From the IMG/VR virus record IMGVR_UViG_3300037063_000214: a DNA stretch of 64,000 bases. The stretch is one strand, 5' to 3'. The stretch is from a virus. Below, in pieces: positions 48,718 to 57,369 of the stretch. Position 1 is the first letter of the stretch, and the number at the start of each line of letters is the position of its first letter. Below the pieces are notes generated by a model, which did not search any database, was not told the DNA's origin, and saw nothing but the letters and a program-made list of their open reading frames with translations. Both the position numbers and the translations under genes were made by a program.

Positions 48718-49572
48718 ATGCCAATACAACAATTTGATGATGATTTCGAAAATTTACCCGTTCAAAGCACAACCAAAAGTGCTGCTGCGGCTGCCCCCGC
48801 GGTTTCAACCAAAACACATACACAAAAACCAGTAGAAAACGAAGAAGAAGAAACACCAAAACCAAAAGTAAGTGATGATGAAGATCTTGCTACGGATTTT
48901 GACGATGAAAAAGTATATGCCCGTACGGGACAACTCAATCAATGCAGACCTGACAAGGGTAAAGCAGCACGATTCGCTTTCATCCCTAAGGATTGGTTTG
49001 CTCCACAAACAGCCAAGAACCATTTCATTGAGACGCTGGATGGCAAGGATGTAAAGAAAGGCCGCTATCGTTGTTTAACTCCTATGGGAGCGAATGCAGA
49101 GCCTCAATTTTGCTGCGTGGCCGTAGATAAAGATGGTGATGTAGAAGTTGTAGCTTTGGTTGTACGATACACAAACGCTGACCCTGTATCTGGGAAGTAT
49201 GTTAAGGATGCAGAAGGCAATTGGCCGCCTATTGAGTTTGAGATTCAATTTGTACGTTTGTCTCAATTTAACATGCGCCAGATCAAGAAACTTCCTGATG
49301 AAGATAGCGATCCTTTCAAGATCGATATTGTAATGACAAATGCTGAGGGCAGGGCATTTGGTTATGAATTTAACCGTAAGTCTAACGCCCCGCGCTGGAT
49401 GGGGGATCAAGCAAAGATCGATGAAGTTAAAGCAGCGGCTCAAAAGTTTATCAAGGATAACGGAAGGAAGTTGCGCTCTAAGCTCGGTCAAAAACTCAAT
49501 TTAACAGAATGGAAAGCGCTTCTCTCCAAGCGAGTCGGAGAAAGTAAAATAGAAAACCTAGAAGAGCTATAA
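48718..49572 (+). CDS. Hypothetical protein (284 aa), acidic N-terminus, possibly DNA-binding/SSB-like
   Basis: Strong AGGAGAG SD before the ATG at 48718. The track ORF 48673 starts earlier, inside the HU gene's end. Confidence 0.55.
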   Translation: MPIQQFDDDFENLPVQSTTKSAAAAAPAVSTKTHTQKPVENEEEETPKPKVSDDEDLATDFDDEKVYARTGQLNQCRPDKGKAARFAFIPKDWFAPQTAKNHFIETLDGKDVKKGRYRCLTPMGANAEPQFCCVAVDKDGDVEVVALVVRYTNADPVSGKYVKDAEGNWPPIEFEIQFVRLSQFNMRQIKKLPDEDSDPFKIDIVMTNAEGRAFGYEFNRKSNAPRWMGDQAKIDEVKAAAQKFIKDNGRKLRSKLGQKLNLTEWKALLSKRVGESKIENLEEL

Positions 49573-49590
49573 AACGAGGAGAAATTAAAG

Positions 49591-49620
49591 GGGTCGGAAA
49601 TACTCCGACCCTATTTTTTT
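49591..49620 (+). terminator. Rho-independent terminator
   Basis: gggtcgga-aatac-tccgaccc hairpin followed by TATTTTTTT. Confidence 0.8.
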
Positions 49621-49626
49621 GAAGAT

Positions 49627-50364
49627 ATGCTTATCTGCGGATTAGACTTTGAAAGTTCGGGCTTAAAAATCGAAACAATTGGTGTTACAGAAGTTGGTAT
49701 TATCATATGGGATACAGTAACTCGTTCCCCTATCCGATCATTCTCTACAATTGTAGATCCCGGGCCTGATGTTATTTGGGAACCTGGCGCATTAGAAGTA
49801 AATAACCTCACTCCAGAGATATGCCGTGATCTAGGCATGCCGGATGAGGAAGCAGCTAGAAGGTCACTTCGCTGGTATGGTAGTTCGGATGTAGCTTGCG
49901 CTCATAACGGCAATAAATTTGACCGCCCTCTGTTAGAGAAGTGGGCTAAAAAATATAACTTGGATTGGCAACCCAGTAAAGTATGGATAGATACAAAAAC
50001 TGATTTGGAACTACCAATAGGTAATAGCAATCGTTTGATTTACATGGCAGCAGATCGAGGATTTTGTAACCCTTTTCCTCACCGCGCTATTTTTGATGTT
50101 ATGACTATGTTAAAGGTACTTGACCATTACGATATTGATAAAGTAATGGAAATGGCCAAAAGTCCTAACCTTACTGTTAAAGCTCTTATCACTTTCGATC
50201 AAAATCAAGCGGTTAAAAATCGAGGTTACCACCCAAACTGGGAAACTAAACCCGATGGTTCAAAAGGTAAATTTCTTTACTGGTCCATGCCAATTAAAGA
50301 GTGCAAGTTAGACGCAGAGCGAATAGCTGCGCGAGCCGCGGGTTTTGAAATTGAGGTAATCTAG
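49627..50364 (+). CDS. DEDDh 3'-5' exonuclease (DnaQ-like)
   Basis: Exo I GLDFESSG; Exo II AHNGNKFDRPLL; Exo III PHRAIFDVMTM. Confidence 0.8.
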   Translation: MLICGLDFESSGLKIETIGVTEVGIIIWDTVTRSPIRSFSTIVDPGPDVIWEPGALEVNNLTPEICRDLGMPDEEAARRSLRWYGSSDVACAHNGNKFDRPLLEKWAKKYNLDWQPSKVWIDTKTDLELPIGNSNRLIYMAADRGFCNPFPHRAIFDVMTMLKVLDHYDIDKVMEMAKSPNLTVKALITFDQNQAVKNRGYHPNWETKPDGSKGKFLYWSMPIKECKLDAERIAARAAGFEIEVI

Positions 50365-51242
50365 TGGCGAAAGAAATTCTTGTTATTCCTAATATTCCAG
50401 CTCCTATGGTAATGGATCAATGGCTGGTTTTTGGTTTGGATTTATCTTTATCCCGCACCGGCTGGTCAGCATTGTATGTGAAAAAAACATCCGATCAAAC
50501 CGAAGCAAAATTTTTAAAGATAGGTTCTATCAAACCCGAATCTACTAAAGCACCAGTTTGGGTTAGAAGTAAATTAATAGCTAAAGGGTTGATGGATACA
50601 CTTCTAACTCCCGCAGTACGGAAGATTTTGAACACACCAAATACAGGTGTGTTATTTGTTTTTGAAGCCAGCACCCCAAAAAATGATTTCTTAAACGGTA
50701 TCTCTCAAGTTGTTCGTTCGGAATTTTTTACCGATCATGCGCTTGTTTCTTACATGGAAAATACCCCAGATAAAGGAGACATGCATACCTGTAATAGTCC
50801 GGAATGTTGTTCCGTCGATGCTAAATATATTTACACTTTATTAGTTAACGCCAGCACTCTTCGTAATATGATGCACCTTACTCAAAGAGGGGTTAAAAAC
50901 AAGAAAGAAAACATCGCCAGGGCATACGATTTTTTAAAAAAAGATGAATTTCCAGAAGTGGATAGTGATGCTTGTGATGCTGTTCTATTGGCGATGGTAG
51001 GCCGTTATGTCTGTTCTATTTTCACAGGATTTCCGAATGAGGTTCCTGGTGTTTTCCTGGACAAACTTTGTGATTCAAAACAAGAAATAAAAGGTAAAGG
51101 GCGCAATCAACACACTATCACTAAGGGTATATTGTATAGACCGGAATATTTTTACGCCCACCAGAATCAAAAGAGAACCTTACTCCTTAAAGACGCCAGT
51201 CAACCAGTAAAAAAGCTACAGAAAATATGGTTTGAAGTATAA
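50364..51242 (+). CDS. RuvC-like Holliday-junction resolvase
   Basis: WLVFGLDLSLSRTGWSAL resembles RuvC motif I (GIDPGxxxTGyav). C-terminal DSDACDAVLLAM resembles DAADALAIA. Confidence 0.6.
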   Translation: MAKEILVIPNIPAPMVMDQWLVFGLDLSLSRTGWSALYVKKTSDQTEAKFLKIGSIKPESTKAPVWVRSKLIAKGLMDTLLTPAVRKILNTPNTGVLFVFEASTPKNDFLNGISQVVRSEFFTDHALVSYMENTPDKGDMHTCNSPECCSVDAKYIYTLLVNASTLRNMMHLTQRGVKNKKENIARAYDFLKKDEFPEVDSDACDAVLLAMVGRYVCSIFTGFPNEVPGVFLDKLCDSKQEIKGKGRNQHTITKGILYRPEYFYAHQNQKRTLLLKDASQPVKKLQKIWFEV

Positions 51243-51306
51243 GTCAGTATTAAACTAACAGTCCAACTTAAAACCCATCGGGTAAAGCAGAGACTCAGAG
51301 GATATA

Positions 51307-52587
51307 ATGCCAAAAAAAACAGCTCCCATAGACACCCGCAATTTAACAGTTGAAGCCCGTCGAGAACTTTTTCTTAAAAGCAGAGAAGAAGATAAACCAG
51401 ATTTTCAAGTACTCACCAAAGATTATGTAGATGAATTGACCCCTTACGGGTTGATCACATTTGATACTGTATTAGGCTTGGGCGGCATCGCTCGCCGCGG
51501 ATGTGTGTCGCAGATACACGGCGACGAAGGCGTTGGCAAGTCCACTCTCACCTATACCATCGCTAAAAATTATCAAGAATATACTGGAGAACCATTGGGT
51601 ATATTTGATTTTGAGGGCACAGGTAGACCCGCTTACTTGGAACGCATTGGATGTGACCTAGATATGGTTAAATTGATTCAACCCATTAGCATGGAAGAAT
51701 CTGTCAAGGAAACCATTCGATTGATCCGGCAAGGTTGCCGTTTCTTCATTTATGATTCGATTCCTTGCATGAACTCTATGGTAGAGGAAACCGATATTAT
51801 GAGTGGCAAAGTGTTCAAAGCGAGCTATGGTAAACAAGCTCAAGTCATGGGAAATTTCTATCGAATTTTACGCCCCTATGTTCAACAAGCAGACGGGCAT
51901 ATGTTCATGGTTAATCAAACCAGGGCTCGTATTGACGACAGCAATGAAGCAAAGTATGCCAATGATTACAGCTATACAAATAAAACATACCAGCTTCCAG
52001 GAGGACGTATTTCCCGCTTTACCCCATCCGTGATGATCGAAATGCGCATGGTAAAAGAAGTAAAACCCTATGATGGAAAACCTGGTATAACACCGGATAA
52101 AGATGGTTTCATTGTAGAGTCCGCTACTCCTGAGACTAAAGATAAACCATGTGTCAATAGAGTAAGAGTCCGTACCCTAAAAAATAAAGTAACGGGCGCT
52201 GGGTTTCGTGAGGGGTTCATTTGGGTTCGTCCAGCAACTCATCCTTGTCCTGGTATTGATGATCTGATGAGTGTGCGTGAGCTGGCGCGTCATTATGGTT
52301 TCATTCAAAATAAAGGGGCTAAGTGGTTTGTCGGAAAAACAGCAGATGAGGCTATCCAGGCTTATCCCAACAAAGATGCAGCGATTGATGATTTGGTGAT
52401 AAAGAAAAACCCTGAGGTACATGCGAAGTTAAAATCTCTTGTTGCAGAGGCTGTAAGGTCTGATAGCACTGGTCGTTTTAATACAACTCTTACAACAGAA
52501 GATTTAGAGTTGCTTGAAGGAGATGATGCTCTAGCTCCAGTGGGGGTAGGTAAGAATATCGTTTCATTTGATGAGGAAGAGAACTAA
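51307..52587 (+). CDS. RecA-family recombinase (UvsX/Sak4/RecA-like)
   Basis: GAGGA SD. FDTVLGLGGIARRGCVSQIHGDEGVGKSTLT has Walker A, and the following IFDFEGTG...IYDSIPCM matches the RecA core layout. Confidence 0.7.
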   Translation: MPKKTAPIDTRNLTVEARRELFLKSREEDKPDFQVLTKDYVDELTPYGLITFDTVLGLGGIARRGCVSQIHGDEGVGKSTLTYTIAKNYQEYTGEPLGIFDFEGTGRPAYLERIGCDLDMVKLIQPISMEESVKETIRLIRQGCRFFIYDSIPCMNSMVEETDIMSGKVFKASYGKQAQVMGNFYRILRPYVQQADGHMFMVNQTRARIDDSNEAKYANDYSYTNKTYQLPGGRISRFTPSVMIEMRMVKEVKPYDGKPGITPDKDGFIVESATPETKDKPCVNRVRVRTLKNKVTGAGFREGFIWVRPATHPCPGIDDLMSVRELARHYGFIQNKGAKWFVGKTADEAIQAYPNKDAAIDDLVIKKNPEVHAKLKSLVAEAVRSDSTGRFNTTLTTEDLELLEGDDALAPVGVGKNIVSFDEEEN

Positions 52588-52593
52588 TAACGA

Positions 52594-53766
52594 ATGTCTA
52601 CGAGCATCAAACTATCAGGGAAAAATTTCCAGAGCTGGGATGCATTTGATTTAACGCTTGCTGGATTGACTGTATTAACTGGTCCTTCAGACACTGGGAA
52701 AAGCGCCATTTTTCGTGCTTTAAAAGGCGTATTACGAAATGAACTCCCTATTGACTGGATACGAAATGATCAAGATGAATCTTTAGAAGTTCGACTTGAA
52801 TTAGATAACCACATTGTTACAGTGAAACGCCCTCTTAAGGGTTCTACTACATACACCATTGATGATAAAGTTTTTGCTAAACTCGCCGGTGCTATACCAG
52901 ATAAAGTAAAAGAGCTTAAATTTGGTGATGTGGTTATCGGAGAATATGATGTAGACCCCATATTTGGGCGGCAGAATAGTCCTCAGTTTCTTATTGATCC
53001 TGATACATTCAAACCTCCGGAAGTAAATGCTATTTTAGGGGCATTTGGGGGTACTGAAAAACTTGAACACGGTAAGAAAGAAGCCAATCTACGCAAGACT
53101 CAAAAAGATGCTGAAGCTCGCACTCTAGCTGTTCAGATACGAGACGCTGAAGAACGGAAGGCCGCTTTAACCGTCCTGCAAACTCAAGGTGACAGTTTAG
53201 AGACTGTTTTGCAGGAACTGGAAGCGACTATTTTAATCGTGGAACTGGAAAATCATTGGTTAGAACAGGCTATTGCATGTCGCCAGCGTATAATCCCCCT
53301 TCGAGAAATTCAAGAAACTCTCATTTTACCCGATATTTCGGATTTAGAACTGATGTACCAGCAAATTCAAAAGGCAGACCAGGCAGCAGAAGCAACAGCT
53401 TACGCTAAATGGCTTAAAAAACCGTCTACAATCACTTCTGCGGTCGTTGGGCAGTGGGATGAGGCTAGACGGCATTGGAACCTGATCGAAGCGCTAGGAA
53501 GCACTGTAGAAGCAGGAAAGCACATCGTATCCACAGATAAGCTAAAAGCAGCTTTACAGGGCATAGAAACTCTATATTCTGATACTGTTGGGCTTTGGGG
53601 CGGTATTAAAAGACTTGAGGTACTTGGAGCGCTACTAGACGAACTATCGGATTCGACTAATCGATTGGTCGGGGTTGAAGGTGAACTTCTGGTAGCGCAA
53701 ACCGAGGCTCAAAAAGGGCTTTGCCCCAAATGTGGATCCCCAATGTTTCATGTTTGTAAAGGATAA
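52594..53766 (+). CDS. SbcC/Rad50-like SMC-type ATPase (short form, 390 aa) with a C-terminal Cys pair
   Basis: N-terminus KLSGKNFQSWDAFDLTLAGLTVLTGPSDTGKSAIFRAL matches the AAA_23/SbcC N-terminal Walker A. Coiled-coil middle; ends CPKCGSPMFHVC. Confidence 0.5.
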   Translation: MSTSIKLSGKNFQSWDAFDLTLAGLTVLTGPSDTGKSAIFRALKGVLRNELPIDWIRNDQDESLEVRLELDNHIVTVKRPLKGSTTYTIDDKVFAKLAGAIPDKVKELKFGDVVIGEYDVDPIFGRQNSPQFLIDPDTFKPPEVNAILGAFGGTEKLEHGKKEANLRKTQKDAEARTLAVQIRDAEERKAALTVLQTQGDSLETVLQELEATILIVELENHWLEQAIACRQRIIPLREIQETLILPDISDLELMYQQIQKADQAAEATAYAKWLKKPSTITSAVVGQWDEARRHWNLIEALGSTVEAGKHIVSTDKLKAALQGIETLYSDTVGLWGGIKRLEVLGALLDELSDSTNRLVGVEGELLVAQTEAQKGLCPKCGSPMFHVCKG

Positions 53767-53768
53767 TC

Positions 53769-54068
53769 ATGTCAGAAATAACACAAGAAAATCTAAAGAA
53801 AATTCAAGCCAGGGTAAAGGCCTTACAGAGCAGTAGAGACGAAATCATTGGAACTCTTAAGGTTCAGGAGAGCAAAAGAGATGAAGCTTATGTTAAACTG
53901 AAAGAGTTGGGTATCGCTAACCCTGAAAAAATGACGGCGAAAGAACTACAAGCACTGGCTGATCAAAAGAAAAATGAATTAGCAGAAAAAATAGACGCTT
54001 TGAATGATCAGCTGGCGCAGGGCGAGAAGTTGATTCAACAATACGAAGAATTGCAACAGGAGAATTAA
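53769..54068 (+). CDS. Coiled-coil hypothetical protein (99 aa)
   Basis: ATG overlaps the upstream stop; heptad-rich E/K/Q sequence. Confidence 0.45.
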   Translation: MSEITQENLKKIQARVKALQSSRDEIIGTLKVQESKRDEAYVKLKELGIANPEKMTAKELQALADQKKNELAEKIDALNDQLAQGEKLIQQYEELQQEN

Positions 54069-54069
54069 T

Positions 54070-54621
54070 ATGTCAATAATACCGATGGTAAAACCAGCCG
54101 TGGTAGAAAAGCAACCGGATGGCACATATGTGGTAAGAATTCAGCATACTGAAGGGGGAGATGTATCTCAAGTTTCTTTTGGTCACTGGACTTTTGGAGA
54201 ATCCCTAGCAAATGCTTATGCAGCCTTCATTAACGGAGCTTCAAATATAGATTCAAAAATAGATAAACTGGCTTCTGAGATGGAAGCCGCGGCACCAGAT
54301 GCTAAGGCTGATATTAAAAAGGCTACGGAACTAGCTCAGGATCAAGCTAAAGTTATTATCGCTGATGCTAAGGTAGAAGCGGATAAGCTTGTGGCAGCGG
54401 CTAAAGAAGAAATCGTAAAGGTAACAGCAAATGCTGAAGCTTTTTATGAAGATACAAAAAATGAAGCTCGTCAACTTTTAACTGAAGCCCGATCGGAAGC
54501 AGCTAAAATATTAGCTAAAGCTGCGGAAGCTGTAAAGCCTCTTGTACCAGATCCAGTACCGTTCCCCACTAAACCAACAAAGCCATCAAAGTCAACTAAG
54601 CCAGAAATTGATGAGGAATAA
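54070..54621 (+). CDS. Coiled-coil hypothetical protein (183 aa), Ala/Glu/Lys-rich
   Basis: AGGAGA SD; AEAxK repeats. Confidence 0.5.
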   Translation: MSIIPMVKPAVVEKQPDGTYVVRIQHTEGGDVSQVSFGHWTFGESLANAYAAFINGASNIDSKIDKLASEMEAAAPDAKADIKKATELAQDQAKVIIADAKVEADKLVAAAKEEIVKVTANAEAFYEDTKNEARQLLTEARSEAAKILAKAAEAVKPLVPDPVPFPTKPTKPSKSTKPEIDEE

Positions 54622-54647
54622 TGTCGATTTTACCGGAGTTGTTTTAA

Positions 54648-55199
54648 ATGGACGATAAAACCCCGTTTGGTAAAATGGTTTATCTAGCATCGCCATATAC
54701 CCACGAAAACAGAGAAGTAGAAACAGAGCGCTTCATCGCGGCTGTTAAAGCTTGTGGGTGGTTGATGGTTAACATTTCAGATGTTCAAATGATTTACTCT
54801 CCCATCGCTCATACACATCCTATCGCTGATGTATGTACTCTTCCTGGTTTTTGGAGTTTTTGGGAAGCTTGCGATAAATGTATGCTCTCACGCTGTGATG
54901 AAATTTGGATTCTCACGCTCGATGGTTGGGAGACCTCTACGGGAGTAACAGCAGAACGGCAGATTGCTTCGGAGTACGGATTGAAAGAAAAATTCGTGGT
55001 TCCTCAATCTGATGGTGGATATGCAGTGGAGGCTTACGAGAAAAAACAAAAAATAAAAGGTAGATCATTTCTTGGATTTCATTTACATGACTGGTCTAAA
55101 TGGGAAGTTGTAAATAGAGGTGAAATTAGATCCGGGATAAAACAAAAGAGAGTTTGTTTAACCTGCAATACAAAGCAAGTTGATATAGAGTGGGTATAA
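54648..55199 (+). CDS. Nucleoside 2-deoxyribosyltransferase-like (DUF1937-type) protein
   Basis: GGAG SD. KMVYLASPYTHENRE... and TSTGVTAERQIASEYGLK fit the YLAsPY...E motif of the family. Confidence 0.5.
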   Translation: MDDKTPFGKMVYLASPYTHENREVETERFIAAVKACGWLMVNISDVQMIYSPIAHTHPIADVCTLPGFWSFWEACDKCMLSRCDEIWILTLDGWETSTGVTAERQIASEYGLKEKFVVPQSDGGYAVEAYEKKQKIKGRSFLGFHLHDWSKWEVVNRGEIRSGIKQKRVCLTCNTKQVDIEWV

Positions 55200-55432
55200 A
55201 GGTGCATAAATATTTACGAATACCTTCTTCCAAACGCATAGAAATGCTCAAAAGTAATATTAGTATCTGTGAAAACACTCTTCAGCATGTCAATAATTGC
55301 ATCGAATGTCAAGAAGCTAAAGATGAAGAATTGTGCCCTTTGGGTCAAAAGATGTTTGATGAATTTTTAGTATTCCAAGCTCGTTGTAAATATTTAAACT
55401 TGATTGGAGAAAATGCTGATGTCATTTTTTAA
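55190..55432 (+). CDS. Small Cys-containing hypothetical protein (80 aa)
   Basis: ORF overlapping the upstream gene's end; CIECQEAKDEELCP. Confidence 0.3.
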   Translation: MGIKVHKYLRIPSSKRIEMLKSNISICENTLQHVNNCIECQEAKDEELCPLGQKMFDEFLVFQARCKYLNLIGENADVIF

Positions 55433-55718
55433 TGAATTTCATATAGCGGATGAAAAAACATGCAAAGCTCGCTGGAGTTGCGGCAAACCTGGGTTGTTGT
55501 TTTTCTGTGCCTTTTGTGGGTATAAGTTCGTTGTTGGAGATGAATATCGAGTAACTTATACGAATGACACTGATGCTGGTGGTAATCCCCTTACATGTAG
55601 ACCTTGTGATACTAAATTTGGTGGTTTAGACGGGTGCCGTAAAGTTTGGATAGAAATGAATGAAGAATACCGTACCAAGTTCAAGTATTTCTACTACAGA
55701 GATTTGTATGGTGATTAA
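55413..55718 (+). CDS. Zinc-ribbon small protein (about 101 aa)
   Basis: GGAG SD 5 nt before the ATG at 55413 (track TTG start 55404). CKARWSCG...CAFCGYKF...CRPCDTKF. Confidence 0.45.
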   Translation: MLMSFFNEFHIADEKTCKARWSCGKPGLLFFCAFCGYKFVVGDEYRVTYTNDTDAGGNPLTCRPCDTKFGGLDGCRKVWIEMNEEYRTKFKYFYYRDLYGD

Positions 55719-56715
55719 ACTCCAAGATCCAAAAAACAGAGTAAACTTAGTTTGGTCAACTGACTGGCACCTTACTGACATCCCACCCGCTAGGCGTAAA
55801 GATGATTATCGTAACGCTATCTTAGCAAAAATAGAATTCATTCGTGATCTAGTAGAAAAACTTAACGGAGCCGGTTTATGTGGAGGTGACGTTTTTCACT
55901 ATAAAATCCCTAAACATGCTGGAAACAGCATCCGTTTGATTATCGATTTGATGCACGCTTTAAGAAAGTTTCCTCAGGGTAAAGTATTTGGTTCCATTGG
56001 AAACCATGATTTATCCTGGGATCGTATGGATACACTACCTCGTCAACCATTGGGTTTATTGATCGCTGTAGGCGCTTACCATGACCTGAATACTGAACCT
56101 GTTATTTTTACTAATGCTGATGATACTGTACGAGTATCCGTTGAAACTTTTCCATTTGCTGAAGGGGATGTTACGATTCAAAATATCAAAAACGCGGATC
56201 CTAGGCAACCTCATGTAGACCATAGAATAGGCATTGTACACGCTTACGGGTATCCTGGAGACGCTGGTTCAATGTTTGGCACCCGAAAAATAGGCTATAA
56301 TGAATTGATTGGTACAGACTTTGATATACTGCTGTGGGGGCATGATCATTCAAGACATGAAACTATAGAAGTGGGCGGCTGCACCCATATAAATTTGGGG
56401 AGTTTGGCTCGTGCAGCGTTTACTTATGATGAGGTTGAACGCCCAGTGTGCGCAGCTATTCTTTCCTTTGAACCAAGCGGTGCTTTCAAATATGGAGAAA
56501 AAGAAATTCCGGTGAAACCCTTGCAAATAGCTTTTGCAGCCGCAGATAAGGGTGTAGAGCAAATAGCAAAGTCTGATGATATCACTTCGTTTTTTGCGGA
56601 TATGGATGCTGCGGTACAGGGAATTGAAGTCAATGATCCTAAAGTAGTTATTAAAGAGTTGTGTGCTGGGGATATCAATTTAGAGAATTTGATTTTAGAG
56701 CTGTGTGATTTATAA
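55708..56715 (+). CDS. SbcD/Mre11-like calcineurin-fold nuclease (metallophosphoesterase)
   Basis: VWSTDWHLTD (DxH), GGDVFH (GD), GNHD (GNHD/E), GHDH motifs in order. ATG at 55708 inside track ORF 55660. Confidence 0.65.
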   Translation: MVIKLQDPKNRVNLVWSTDWHLTDIPPARRKDDYRNAILAKIEFIRDLVEKLNGAGLCGGDVFHYKIPKHAGNSIRLIIDLMHALRKFPQGKVFGSIGNHDLSWDRMDTLPRQPLGLLIAVGAYHDLNTEPVIFTNADDTVRVSVETFPFAEGDVTIQNIKNADPRQPHVDHRIGIVHAYGYPGDAGSMFGTRKIGYNELIGTDFDILLWGHDHSRHETIEVGGCTHINLGSLARAAFTYDEVERPVCAAILSFEPSGAFKYGEKEIPVKPLQIAFAAADKGVEQIAKSDDITSFFADMDAAVQGIEVNDPKVVIKELCAGDINLENLILELCDL

Positions 56716-56736
56716 ACACTAAGCATCCCTCTTAAC

Positions 56737-56958
56737 ATGGAGACTCGCCGCAGCGATGTAGTGGAAGAACGAGTATATAAGGCGGCTTGGCATATACTCA
56801 TAGCTGGAATTGGTTTTTACGAATTTCGTCACCATCGGACAACTGCCTCCAAAGTATTGGCCTGTGGGTTAATGGCTTTTCATGTTGATGGAGCAATATC
56901 CGATATTCTGGACTCCAAACCCCTATCTCAAAGACTTTTAGATCGTATTCTTCGCTAG
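56737..56958 (+). CDS. Small two-TM membrane protein (73 aa); holin-like topology is possible
   Basis: Hydrophobic segments AAWHILIAGIGFY and KVLACGLMAFHV with a charged C-terminus. Confidence 0.35.
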   Translation: METRRSDVVEERVYKAAWHILIAGIGFYEFRHHRTTASKVLACGLMAFHVDGAISDILDSKPLSQRLLDRILR

Positions 56959-56998
56959 TCTTCCAATCCTTGGTATTAACAATCTGAAAGGATTTTTT

Positions 56999-57355
56999 AT
57001 GCTTGAAAAAGTTAAGTATGATGCTACACCTCAACCTTTACCAGTGGGAGGAACTATAGATGTAGCAATTGAAGTTGCAAAAGACCTAAAAGCGATGGGG
57101 CTAGAAAACATTGCAGAATGTGTTGAAGCTCGTATTCGCTTAGGTGAAAAAAAGTATGGAACTCGTTTAAAAGCGCATAATGGTAGAGACGCAATGACCG
57201 ATTTATTTGAGGAGCTTCTCGATGCTTTGAACTATTCAAAACAAATTCAACTTGAAAGTACTAATGGCGACACTTATTTTTACCCAGAACTTCTTAAATT
57301 AGTCATTAAGGTTAAAGCCAGTCTTGACCTAAAACATTCAACTAAAGTAGAATAA
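56999..57355 (+). CDS. Putative all-alpha NTP pyrophosphohydrolase (MazG-like)
   Basis: ENIAECVEARIRLGEKKYG ... DAMTDLFEELLDALNY resemble the ExxE...E/DxxD metal-binding helices of MazG/HisE-type enzymes. Weak. Confidence 0.3.
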   Translation: MLEKVKYDATPQPLPVGGTIDVAIEVAKDLKAMGLENIAECVEARIRLGEKKYGTRLKAHNGRDAMTDLFEELLDALNYSKQIQLESTNGDTYFYPELLKLVIKVKASLDLKHSTKVE

Positions 57356-57369
57356 AACCAGGAGGAAAT

